Made by a program: the position numbers and the translations under genes. Source: Scyliorhinus canicula (Eukaryota). From it: 64,000 bases of DNA. The stretch spans positions 52,179,810-52,243,809 of the forward strand of contig NC_052152.1 in NCBI RefSeq assembly GCF_902713615.1. The letters run 5' to 3'. Below are positions 35,940 through 47,608 of this stretch, in pieces. Every line of letters begins with the position of its first letter. The stretch's first letter is position 1. The notes below the pieces were generated by a model that worked only from the letters and a program-made list of their open reading frames with translations, did no database searches and was not told the DNA's origin.

Positions 35940-36150
35940 ATGGCCGAGATTCTCCGAGCCCGCGCCGGGTCAGAGAATCGGCGGGCACGCCGGAAATTCC
36001 CGTCATGCCGCTCCGACGCCAGTACGTGATTCTCCGGCGACCGGAAAATTGGTGGCAGTCGCACGCGTGCGGTCCACGAGGCGGCCCCCGTGGCGATTCT
36101 CCACGATCGACCGGCCGAGTTCCCGCCGAGTTCTGCCGGTGTGGTTCCAT
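35940..36150. mobile_element. Partial CpG-rich Harbinger-type MITE
   Basis: Begins GGCCGAGATTCTCC with the internal GAGAATC inverted motif seen in other MITEs; no right TIR found. Confidence 0.5.
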
Positions 36151-36915
36151 ATTGGCACCAGTGCAAAGCTATACCAGCTCATTTTCACAAGAAAAAATAA
36201 ACACCCGGTATCACCCCTCACAGATTCCTCAGCAGAAACAGAGGATAAGTCTGAGAATGTATTATAAAAATGATCTGTCCATCAATGTGTGACTTGTTCA
36301 CCATTCAGTGCCATTCTCCACCCAGTAGCCACTGCTATGCAGGTCCTCCCACATGGCCCAACTCCACATGTTCCACTAGCACTCAAGGTGCAGTTGAACA
36401 TCCTTGACTACCCGTGTGTTTAACCCATGGTGACGTGCCAGTTACATGCAGCACTCACCATTAAGAGCAACAAAAGCATCAGCAATCTGCAAAAGCATTT
36501 ATTCAATGGTGTTAGCAGGTAGTCCATTTGGATCAATGTTGTGCACCAGCTCCCTCAGCGCCTTATTGCTTCAAACTGGATTGCCTTCTGGATTCAGACA
36601 TCCCCATGAGCCCAGTGTTCCAGGACCCAGATGTCTTCGAAAAAATTGTCCTCCTCTCCAGCTACAGAAAAGGAAGGCAACAACAACAGCCCCCAGGCAT
36701 CTGCAGCCATAAGCAGGAGCAAGCAGCAAACACAAACGGCAAATATTTTAGTTTATTGAAAGTATCAAAAATACAGAAGACAATAAAATGAGGACACCAA
36801 TCACTTGGCACCAGAACACACACACACTGTCCCCCCCCCCCCCCCCCACCCTGCACCCAGCTGTCCCCCCCCCCACCCTGCACCCAGCAACCCCCCCCCC
36901 CACCCTGCACCCAGC

Positions 36916-36949
<34 letters not shown>

Positions 36950-37974
36950 ACCCCCCAAACCTGCACCCAGCACGGAGCACAACAAAGGAGTGAGAGAGAG
37001 AAAAACATTCACAGTTCAATCCAGAACAGGTCTGGCACATTATAAACAAAACCAAGTACAGAATAATTTACACCGAAAGAAAACACAGACAGGAATATAC
37101 CAAGGACACCAACTACACACCAAAGACAAAATATGTGAAGTGCTCACATAACTAACAATGCCAATTCCTTATTAGCAATAGCCTTCAGCTGTGCAGACAG
37201 AGACTGTTCACAGCCAAAGAGAGTTAAAATGACCTTCAGCATATAACCAAGAACAGGGCTCTGTCCTGGAAATGTTTGGTCGGACTAACAGGCAGCAGTT
37301 GTAGTTGTCCCAGTTATGGGTATGCACAAATTGGAGGATGGCCTGTTGGCCCCGTAGATGCTGAACCCCTCACCCCCCAGCCCAGGGGCAAATCCCAACC
37401 TATGGCACCCAGTCTCCTGCCCCAGCCCATTCCCCAGTGGGGTCCCCCCCCTCCTACCCCCACCCCCACCCCGAGCACTGGGGCAGCAGCTCCAGAGCCC
37501 CTGGGCTGCATGCCGAGGATTGTAAATGGCTGCTCACTTCCTCAGCTCCCCTCAGCAGCCATTGCATTAGCTTCCATTTAAATAGGAGTACTAAATGACG
37601 CCCGCGCAACCTCTTGCTGTGGAGCCAGTTAGTTCCCGGGAGACCTTAGATTGGACTTGCATCGCACTAACGAGATGCAGATTGCTCTTAATTGGTCTCA
37701 GTTGGTGTCTCGCCACATCTGGGCGGGTTTTCGGAGCCCACCAACAGGAGTGAGCCAGTTAGATCGCGAACCGATCTAGGCCCAGCGTGGACCCTGATTT
37801 TGGCTTCTCCTGCGATTTGACCGGTGCCCACACATAAGCGCCTGGAACAACGCAGACGTTAAAACAGGCCCAATGTGTATAATGCTGTGGTCTAACTAGT
37901 GTTTTAAGCAGTTCTAACATAGCCTTCCAACATTTCTGCTCTCTGTCTTGCTCAGTGGAAGTATCCCATGTGCC

Positions 37975-38202
37975 TTTTATATAATAAATTTAGAGTGCCC
38001 AATTCTTTTTTTTCCAATTAAGGGACAATTTAGTGTGGCCATTCCACCTAACCTGCACATCTTTGGTTTGTGGGGGTGGGACCCACGCAGACATGGGGAG
38101 AATGTGCAAACTCCACACGGACAGTGACGGGGCTGGGATTGACCCCAGGTCCTTTGCGCCGTGAGGCCACAGTGCTAACCACTGTGCCACCATGCTGCCC
38201 TC
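37975..38202 (-). mobile_element. V-SINE, short-tail variant
   Basis: Same structure as 18655-18850. Confidence 0.82.
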
Positions 38203-38818
38203 ATATGCCTTCTTAACCACCCTTTGGAGATCTCTACGCACAGGAGGGGGAGGATTAATTTAAACAGTCCTGAGTTCTCCTCTCACTACTCATCGATAAA
38301 CACAAAGGGTTTTTTTATTTTTGGATTCCCCCTTTTATAAATGGAGATTTCTTTCCTCCCTCCAACACTTCAAATTTGGAGTGATCCAGTCCTCTATTAA
38401 TAACCCCACAGCATACTTGGGATAAGGTAAAATATGCAGGTTTATTTTACACAAAGATAAAACACGGTAAATTACTTTGAAATGTCCACTCCCACCCCCA
38501 CTCCTTTGCATTCATACAATAGAACAGGGACAATGGAAAGACCACATCAAAATAAAAATGATTGTTTCATGTGAGTCCAGAATCAAAATTTCAATGGTGT
38601 ATTTCTTCACAGAGGTTAATTGGCTGAACCTGATGTGGGCTGATCCACTTTTCCAGTAGCACTGATTTCCACGCTGGGACAAGTATGTCAAGACGAACAA
38701 TGTAGTAGGCACTGGTACAGGGTTCAGACTTTACAGTAGAAACAATGTGGAGGAGAGCCAGGTAATTTAAACCTGAGCTCTGTTTCCGCTGCTGCTTTTG
38801 AATTTCTTCTCTCTCTAT

Positions 38819-39205
38819 TCAGACATAAACCTTGCTGGGGTGCCTGCTTTTCTTGGCAGCAGCACAGCCTGGATGCTGGGCAGGACCCTGCCCTGGGCGA
38901 TGGTGACTCCTCCCAGCAGCTTGTTGAGTTCCTCGTCATTGCGGATGGCGACCTGTGGAGTGGGGGATTATGCGAGTCTTCTTGTTGTCCTGGACCGCGT
39001 TACTGGTCAACTTGAGGATCTCGGTGGTCAGGTACTCCAACATGGCGGCCAGGTAGACGGTGGACCCAGCGCCCACCTGTTTGGGATAGTGGTCTTTGCT
39101 TAGCAGCCAGTGGATACAGCTGACAGGGAACTGCAGACTGGCCTTGGTAGAGCGAGTCTTGGCTTTGGTGGGTCCTTTGCCTCCAGTTTTGCTGTGAACT
39201 GACAT
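38819..39205 (-). pseudogene. Histone H2A pseudogene
   Basis: [57 protein letters not shown], then after a 2-bp deletion near 38955 [32 protein letters not shown] second 1-bp loss lies near the PKK tail; many non-conservative substitutions. Confidence 0.93.
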
Positions 39206-39339
39206 TGTTCAGGGTTCGGCTCTCATGAAAGATGATGGACAGAAACAGGCTGCTAGCCTGGAGTCCTGGTTCTCTTCTGAGGTCAAATAGCGACTGAAAA
39301 GAGAACCCAAAATCTGTTATAATTAAAGCAATTCGTACA

Positions 39340-40240
39340 GCTCAAGAGTCGGACACACCAAATATCACCACCTCTGGACCCAGGGCCATCCCCCACCCAG
39401 AATCTCGGGCATAACATCTGAACTCCTTCAGCTTCGGACATACCCAAAACACGTGGATGTGATCCTCCTCCCATTTGCGCTTGATCTCCTCCATTGGAGT
39501 GCCCTCCCTCTCCAGCGGCTCATGACAGATATCCGACACCCTCCGATCCCCAATATCATCCTCCAATAGGAACTTGTCCTGCAACTCTGGAGGTGGCAGC
39601 CATGGGTAGGATGATCCCGCTCTCCTCACAAAATCTCTCACCTGCAGGTACCTCAAACCATTCCCTTTTGGCAACTCATAGGTCTCCTCCAAATCCTCCA
39701 GTCCTGCAAACTTGCCCCCTACAAACAAGCCCCTAAAGTACTCTATCCACATCTGCCGCCACCCCTGAAACCTCGTATCCAGCCCGGCCGGGACAAATCT
39801 ATGGTTGTCACATATCGACACCCACAATGACAAGCCCTCCAACCCAAAATGCAGCCTGCACTGGCTCCACACCACTGGGCTCACAGAGTACTTGACTGGC
39901 GAGAATGGAAGATGCACCAACAACAGTGCCCTCAAACTCGTCCTCCTACACGACGCCCCTCCTGCACCGCCCATTTCCTCACCATTACGATCTTTGCCGC
40001 CCAATAATAATAATAATTCATCAAATTTGGCAATGCCAGCACCCACCGCCCTCGCCCCTCTCCAAGAACACTCTCCTCAGCCAGGGATCTTCCCCACCCA
40101 CACAAACCCCAAAATTATCCTGTTCACCTTCCTGAAAAAGGACTTGGGAAAAAAGCTGGGGAGGCTCTGGAACAGTAACAAGAACCTGGATGGCACCGAC
40201 ATTTTAACTGTCTGCATGCGCCCAGCTAGTGACAGCGGCA
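39340..40240 (-). mobile_element. Degraded L1 ORF2 C-terminal fragment
   Basis: SICDNHRFVP..LRYLQVRDFVRR..KWEEDHIHVFWVCPKL..PEVVIFGVSD, homologous to the C-terminus of the 1929-5719 ORF2, with an internal deletion. Confidence 0.85.
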
Positions 40241-40249
40241 CCACCTCTT

Positions 40250-41630
40250 GAAATCCACCTTGATGGCCACTGACTCACAGTTATCTGGACTCCAGCTCTT
40301 CGCACCTACATCCTGTAAGTACTCGATCCCTTTCTCTCAGCTCCTTCGCCTCCGTTGCATTTGTTCCGATGATGCCACTTTCCAAAGTGGTGCTTCGAAA
40401 ATGTGTCCTTCTTTCTCAACCGCGATTTCCCACCTACAGTTGTTGACAGGGCCCTCAACAGCATGGTCCATCTCCTGAGCCACTATCCTCGACCCCTCTC
40501 CTCCCTCCCAGAACAAGGGTAAAGTCCCCCTCGTTCTCACATTTCACCCCACCAGCCTCCAAATGCAAAGCATTATTCTCTGCCATTTTCACCAACTCCA
40601 GCGTGATGACACCATCAAACACATCTTCCCTTCACTCCCTCTGTCAGCATTCTGCAGAGACCGTTCCCTCCGAGATAATCTAGTCCACTCCTCCACCATA
40701 CCCAACACCTTTTCCATCACCCATGGCACCTTCCCATGCAGTCATAGAAAGTGTAACACCTGCCCCTTTACCTCTTCCATGCTTAACATCCCAGGCCCAA
40801 GCCACTCATTCCAGGTTAAGCAGTGTTTCACTTGCACCTCTTTCAAATTGGTCTATTGCATTCGCTGTTCCCAATGTGGTCTCCTCTATATCGGAGAGAC
40901 CAAACACAGACTGGGTGATCGCTTTGCTGAGCATCTTTGGTCTGTACACATTCAGGACCCTGACCTTCCCGTTGCTTGCCATTTTAGCACAAGATCCTGC
41001 TCCCATGCCCACATGTCTGTCCTTGGCCTTCTGCAATGTTCCAGTAAAGCTCAATGCAAACTGGAGGAACAGCACCTCATCTTCCGGTTGTGCACGCTAC
41101 AGCCGTCCGGTCTCAACATCGAATTCAACAACTTCAGATGTTTAGCACTACTGACCGCAACCCATTTGTTTTCATTCCATTCATCTTAATTGTCTTTTAC
41201 CTTTTATTTATTTCTTGTCTTCCCCATCTTATCCCCTCCTTTCCTTACCTTTTCTCCCTTTTGCTTCCACCTCTATTTCTCATTTTACCTCTCTCCCACC
41301 CATGTCCCCACTCCCCCCACATCTATATTTGTCACAGTTTACCCTCTGATGTTAGTTTCCCTGCTGTTTGGCCTTTCACGCCTTTTATTCTCTCTGGGGA
41401 CTTCCATTAGCACTCTATTCCCTTGGATTCTGTGGCTATGGCTTTCATTCCCTCACGCTACAGTATAAATATCTCCCACCTTTTATGCCTTTTAGCGTTG
41501 ACAAAGGTCACCTGGACTCGAAATGTGAGCTCTTTTCTCTCCGTACAGATGCTGCCAGACCTGCTGAGATTTTCTAGCATTTTCTCTTTTGTTTTCAGAT
41601 TCCAGCATCCGCAGTAATATGCTTTTATTT
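40250..41630 (+). mobile_element. Penelope-like element 3' part (RT C-terminus, GIY-YIG, 3' region)
   Basis: KYSIPFSQLLRLRCICSDD; CNTCPF..FTCTSFKLVYCIRCSQCGLLYIGETKHRLGDRFAEHL; pyrimidine-rich UTR and terminal motif. Confidence 0.9.
41493..41530 (+). ncRNA. Degenerate minimal hammerhead motif of the second Penelope family
   Basis: AGCG-TTGACAA-AGGTCACCTGGACTC-GAAA-TGTG-AGCT, read as decayed CTGACGA...GAAACGT. Confidence 0.45.
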
Positions 41631-41920
41631 CTCTTCCCATCTCTGTCTCTGAAGCTCAGAGGTGATGAAGTTTGTCAATTTGTCCATCAGCGCCTTGGTC
41701 TGCGTTGGGAGCTCTGCTGGTCGACCCTGACCGGCTCAGCGCCTCCACCTGCAGTTCCCTGCTCCGAGGCTGAAGTATTCTCCCTTCGGCTCTGCTGGCT
41801 CTACGGCTAGGCGGTAAGCTTTTTCCCATCCTGTTTGACAGTGTGGTCGATGTGGGGTTAAATGAGGGGGAAGTTATAATTATTTTTGGTACCCATTGTT
41901 GGGGTTAAAAGGTCGTAGTT

Positions 41921-42120
41921 GGGGAGCATGGGGCGCAGTGGTTAGCACTGTGGCCTCACAGTGCCGAGGTCCCAGGTGTGATCCCGTCTCTGGGTCACTG
42001 TTTTGTGGAGTTTGCATATTCTCCCCGTGTTTGCATGGGTTTTGCCCCCACAACCCAAAATATATGCAGGGTAGGTGGATTGGCCACGCTAAATTGCCCC
42101 TCAATTAGAAAAAATTGAAT
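41921..42120 (+). mobile_element. V-SINE, short-tail variant
   Basis: TGGGGCGCAGTGGTTAGC head, core, AAATTGCCCCTCAATTAGAAAAAA tail. Confidence 0.8.
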
Positions 42121-42600
42121 TGATTTGATTTGATTTGATTTATTATTGTCACATGTATTGGTATACAGTGAAAAGTATTGTTTCTTGCATGCTATACAGA
42201 CAATGCATACCGCACATTGGGAAGGAAGGAGAGACTGCAGAATATAATGTTACAGTCATAGCAAGGTTTAGAGAAAAGATCAACTTAATACGAAGTAGGT
42301 CCATTCAAAAGTCTGATGGCAGTAGGGAAGAAGCTGTTCTTGAGTCGGTTGGTATGTGACCTCAAACCTTTGTATATTTTTCCTGACGGAAGAAGGTGGA
42401 AGAGAGTATGTCCGGGGTGCATGGGGTCTTTAATTATGCTGGTTGCCTTTCCGAGGCAGCAGGAATTGTAGACAAAGTCAATGAATGGGAGGTTGGTTTG
42501 CGTGATGGATTGGGCTACATTCACAACCTTTTGTAGGTCTTGGGCAGAGCAGGATCCATACCAAGCTGTGATACAACCAGAAAGAATGCTTTCCATGGTG
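42121..42600 (-). mobile_element. Rex1/Babar LINE 3' end
   Basis: NFYRCTMESILSGCITAWYGSC..SIIKDPMHPGHTLFHLLPSGK..RLKNSFFPTAIRLLN, ending TGTGACAATAATAAA(TCAAA)n. Confidence 0.88.
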
Positions 42601-44531
42601 CATCGGTAAAAGTTACAGAGGTTGGGAAGGGCACAGGTACTGGACAAAAGGGGAAGAATATATGCAGAAGGATTTTGGACAAAAAGATATTTCCAAGTGT
42701 GGATCATGGTAGAAAGCCAGGAGAGAATCTTGGAGGTGACAAATGGACAGGTAAACTGAGCTAGGTGTGAAGGAGGACAATTTGATGAAGTTGAAGTAAA
42801 AGTCAGCACACTTACTCATAAAAACAATGTGGGATTGGAAGTTCAGCTCAGGGTGGTTGATTAGCTTTATAATATTGTGAGAGGATGGATGGGAGGAGAC
42901 TGGAATTGATGGAAAACATGCAATGTTTGTGGTTGGGGGCTGATGTTGATGGCTTTGATTGCTTCAAAGTTTAACCCATCAGTATGGCCTGCATACCAAC
43001 AATATGCCTCTCAATGTAGGGAGACTTGGCATGTATTCTTCACTTCTTGTTACACACAGAACATCAGGTGCTGCATCTGCTGTGTGGATCCTCAGAGCAG
43101 CAAGCAATCAGTGCCGCAACACTCTGAATCTCCATATCTTGAAGCAGGCACCAGCCGAGAAACATGCACTCTGGAAGATTAAAGGAAGAAAGCAAGACCA
43201 GTCACAGCACACAGATGTTTGGGGCGGTGGGAATGAGGTACAGTGACGTGTTGGCTGCCGATATTACCACAGTTTGTTTCATGACAAAGACCTCATGGGG
43301 TCAGCTATAGAGTAAAGGATATTTCAGGAATGTGAACAGATGCTTCAGTCACTTACTGCCTTGGAAGGGAGCAATGTAAGCAGCTGGTAACCAGGTGGGA
43401 GACATCTTACACCAGAGATTCTCTGCTCCGCAGATTGTTATGAAGCAACATGAAGCATTAGGAGCATTAGGCAGGGTCCCTCTTCAAGTATGTTTGGTGA
43501 GTACAGTTGGAGCATCTCTCAAGAATGCTGATACGGATACTGTTAAGACATTGAGAGTTACACTCCATCATGTGCCAACCAAGAGCTTTAGCACATTCAG
43601 GGAATCCGAGCACTGGTGTAAACAGTCTGTGCTCATCTAGATCAGTGACCAATATGACACTTCAGCCTCAAGCAAGATTAATGTGGAAAAATAGACAGTG
43701 TCTCACAAGCTGGTCTCAAGCTTCAACAGTCCCTCCATTGTAATTGCTGCCGAAAAATAATTCACACAAGCTCCTGAACTAAATACCAGCAGGGCCTGCT
43801 TGAAAGGTCAAATGCAAAATAACACTAAATTCCCTGCCTACGCTAATTGAATAATTATTCACGATTGCAGGTGCAAACTCAAAGGGGTTAGTGGAAGGCA
43901 TTTGGGGTGGAGGTGGAAATTTGTATTCACTGAACGATTATGTGTGGGGGACAATTAAAGGGGAGTGCCAGAATCAGACAGTAAAAAAAATCAGCAAGCA
44001 ATTTCAAATCTTCAAAGACATGACTGATCAACAGCATTTGGCAAGACGAAAGATACAGGGATTAAGGAATAGCAAAAAGTGAAAGTAAGGGAAAGCTGAT
44101 GTGTTGCAATGAGTCTACAAACAAATCATGGAGGAGGCCAATACTTGAATATCTATTTGGTGCCTGATGATGGAGCCACATGAGATGCTAATGTGGAGGA
44201 TTGCTCTCTGCACCATTTCAAAGTACCTACAGGTTAAAATCATATATCCATGTGTGATGATTGGAATACCTTGCCCCTTTAAGAGGCTTGTGATGATCGG
44301 AATACATTGCCCCTTTAAGAGGCTTGGAACCCTGGGGGACTCCGCCTCTGGCTACGCCCCCTGGGAAACAGTACTTAAGATGAGACTTCATTTTGCGAGC
44401 ACACTTCTCATGGAGGCTGCCATTGTTCACTGCTTATTAAAGCCTTTGATTACTGACCTAAGTTTCGTGTCGTAATTGAGAGTGCCTCACCATGTGTTTA
44501 AATTCCACATTACACATCGGTTAAAAAAAGG

Positions 44532-45155
44532 GGGCGGGATTGTCCGTAGCCTGATACCGAAATCGGGATTGGTGATTGGGCGGAGAATGGACTCCGACAC
44601 CGGATCCAGGGCAGGAGCAGATTTGCGATGCTCTGCCGCCACAAAATCAGCGTCAGTGGGACCCGCGCGCCACATGCATTTGCAAGGCCGTTTGTGCATC
44701 ATTGGCCGGCCCACCCGCAATGCTCCACCCCCGATGGACCAAGTTCCCGATGGCGCGGGGAACCCGGCATGCAGGCTGCGGACTGTGTGCCGCCACACTC
44801 GTCCGGGATCAATGCCGCAGCCTGGGGGGGCTTCTGCTAGGGCTGGAGGGACTGCTGGGTGATGGCCAGCGTGTGGGATGTGGGGTCGGGGGGCGGGTTA
44901 GGGTTTCAGCACGGCTGTTGCCATGGATTTTGGCGTGACCGGAGCAGGCCATCAGCCCTGCTCATGCGTGGCCAGGGACCCAACTATTCTCCGGCCGTTT
45001 TCCGCTCGATCCACAGGTGGATCACGTGGTGCGGTGCTAGCCCCTCACCGGTACCGGAATCGGTGCGGGGCTCACGCCGATTTTCCTGTCGTGAACCATT
45101 CACGGTTTTTCCGTTGGTGCCGGCACTTAGCCACTGGAGCAGAGAATTCCGGCCC
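44532..45155. mobile_element. Harbinger-type MITE
   Basis: Imperfect TIRs GGGCGGGATTGTCC / AGAGAATTCCGGCCC; CpG-rich; no TSD resolved. Confidence 0.7.
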
Positions 45156-46794
45156 ACGTTCCTTTACTCCATCGGCATAACAACTGTATAACTGGTCGCG
45201 GGAAAATATAAATAGTTACAGAGAATATTCATCACCGATGCTCCAGGTCTCTGTCCTAGAGTCTGGGCCTCAGCTCCTCAGCACAGCACTCACCATGTGT
45301 GTTCAGTATTATACTGCTCCCCAACTCCTGGCTGCAGTCCTGCTATCATCTACTCTATTAGCCTCCTCAGACTCAAGGGTGCTGTCAGTCAGTCTGACTA
45401 GGTCCCACTCTCCCTTCCTGGTTCTTCCACTGTCCTCGGCTCCTGCTGCACTGCTACCTACAACTCCTAGCTCTTCTCTCTTTCACCTCATGGCAACTGA
45501 CCCCATCCTTCAGCATGTCAAATATTTTTTAAAATTTAGATAATCCAATTTTTTTTTACAGTTAAGGGGCAATTTAGCGTGGCCAATCCACCTACCCTGC
45601 ACATCTTTGGATTGTGGGGGTGACACTCACGTAGATACAGGGACAGCATGTCAAATATGCTGCTCCTGTCAGGGAGGGGCCCACAGGGGCCAACCAGTTC
45701 TGCTCGCTGCTCTCTCCCGATATTGCCAGCTGCTGCCAGAGGCCCGACTGCTCTTGTATCACGGTCACAAGGAAATTCAACAAAATAATGGGATCAGAGC
45801 TGATGTTTATTGCCCGTGGGTGCGCCAGTCTATTGCTGCCTCATGCATCCTTGTAGTGTCTTGCACTGTTTGACGTTTGCCTCTCTGCTGACCCTAGTTC
45901 GGAGCAGATAGTTTTCCATCTTGGCAGGTAGGTCCTCCAGTGCCTACATGCTGCTTGCAGCTACTCAGGCAGCAATGACAGTTGATTGCCTTGGCATACC
46001 TCCCTTCAAGAAGCAACATGTAAACCTGACAAGTTGTAATTGAGAGCTACTGAAGGACCTTCCAGCACAAGAATCAACCGCTTGTCAGTGATGCCATCAG
46101 AATTTGCATCTGCTACGGAGCTCGGTCAGAAGGTCAGTAAACCCGCTCTGCAAATAGAGGGTATTGACTGTTGATGTAAGAAATTCTCAGGCTGACTGAC
46201 TTCCTTGGCATCGCCTCTGTGGGTTGTTCTCTTCTTCCAAGCTGTTCGACTCACAGGATTTCAATTGGATAATCCGTCGTGTCAGGAAAGGATTAATGGG
46301 GGACTTACAAAGAAAAAGTAATTAGCAACAACTGGCAACAAAGGGTTCTTGAAAACCTAAGAACTAACAGGGAAAAAAGCAAAGGATTAGCAAGAACTGC
46401 CCCCGAAATGTTCAAAATCTGACTTTCAAAGGCCCTTAAGGGCTGCCCTATACTTCACCTTGTGCCAAGTTGCCTGGATGGCAAGTGCAGCAGCATTCTC
46501 TCCCGCTTCTTTCCAATGGCTTCATGAACTTACTGCCCGTTTCAGATAAGAATTTCCAACACTTGCTGCAGGCCTGGCCAAAAAATGGAGATAGGAAGAG
46601 GTTAAGCTGCCATCTTTTGGGAATGATTTCTGCTGGATTTTGCTGTCCAGAAGATCCTACCTGCACCCCAGATATACCGAACACTGAAACTGACCCTGCT
46701 GTTTCTGGAGGAACAGCACGACCATTAACGACTCGCAGAATGCAGGTGGCAAGCACATCCTCAGCAAATCTCCAAGACTGCACTTTCCAGGTCT

Positions 46795-47103
46795 AATAAT
46801 AATAATAATCTTTATTAGTGTCACAAGTCGGCTTACATTAACACTGCAATGAAGTTACTGTAAAAAGCCCCTCGTCACCACACTCCGGCACCTGTTCGGG
46901 TACACTGAGGGAGAATTCAGAATGTCCAATCCACCTAACCTGCACATCTTCGGACTGTGGGAGAAAACTGGAGCACCCAGAAGAAACCCACGCAGACAGA
47001 GGGAGAACATGTAGACTCCACACAGACAGTGACCCAAGCCAGGAATCAAACCTAGGACCCTGGCACTGTGAAGCAACAGTGCTAACCACTGTGTTACACC
47101 CCA
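46795..47103 (-). mobile_element. V-SINE, TGTGACACTAATAAAG(ATT)n tail
   Basis: Full head, core and tail on the minus strand. Confidence 0.87.
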
Positions 47104-47188
47104 TATGGTGTTGGAGGAAGAAAATGGTGTATCAGTATTCAAAACATGAGAGGGAAGTCCAGCAGTACATCAGATTAAATACATAAGA

Positions 47189-47560
47189 TGTCATGATATG
47201 CAAACATGCAGCTAATGAACACATAGAATAGGACATGACCAATGAGCAGTTGGGACACTCAGGGGTGGTATCTCACTGTAAAAGGGATGAGGAATTCACA
47301 CCCCGTCTCTTCCCACAGACCAACATCTACAGAGTGAGACAGGGTGTATCCTCAGCATCACACCCCAGCACGTGGCTTAGAGCAAGGCTGGTTCAGTTAG
47401 ACTGAGTTACTACATTTAGATTAGCAGAGAGTTGAACTCATTATGAACTGTGCTAATAGTTCAATAAAACACATTGAACTCACTTCAAAGTCTGGAGCAT
47501 CTTTTACTCAAAACTGCATCAAGTGGCATCTTGTGTTATTCCAAATTACATAACACAACA
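47189..47560 (+). mobile_element. Solo LTR
   Basis: TGTCAT...AACA ends, AATAAA at about 47463, flanks TAAGA / CAAGA (5-bp TSD, one mismatch). Confidence 0.75.
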
Positions 47561-47608
47561 CAAGACACCTTCGCTATAGGTATGTCTCACCACTGACTGT
47601 GCACACTG

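Noticed and set aside
36662-37055. Poly-Gly/poly-Pro ORFs here and at 63223-63930
   Set aside because: Translations of C/G homopolymer and low-complexity tracts.
36160-37870. Third Harbinger body, with further relics at about 19500-20100 and 43000-46100
   Set aside because: Composition and an ..AACAGGCCC end are suggestive, but no transposase or Myb motif could be read with confidence.
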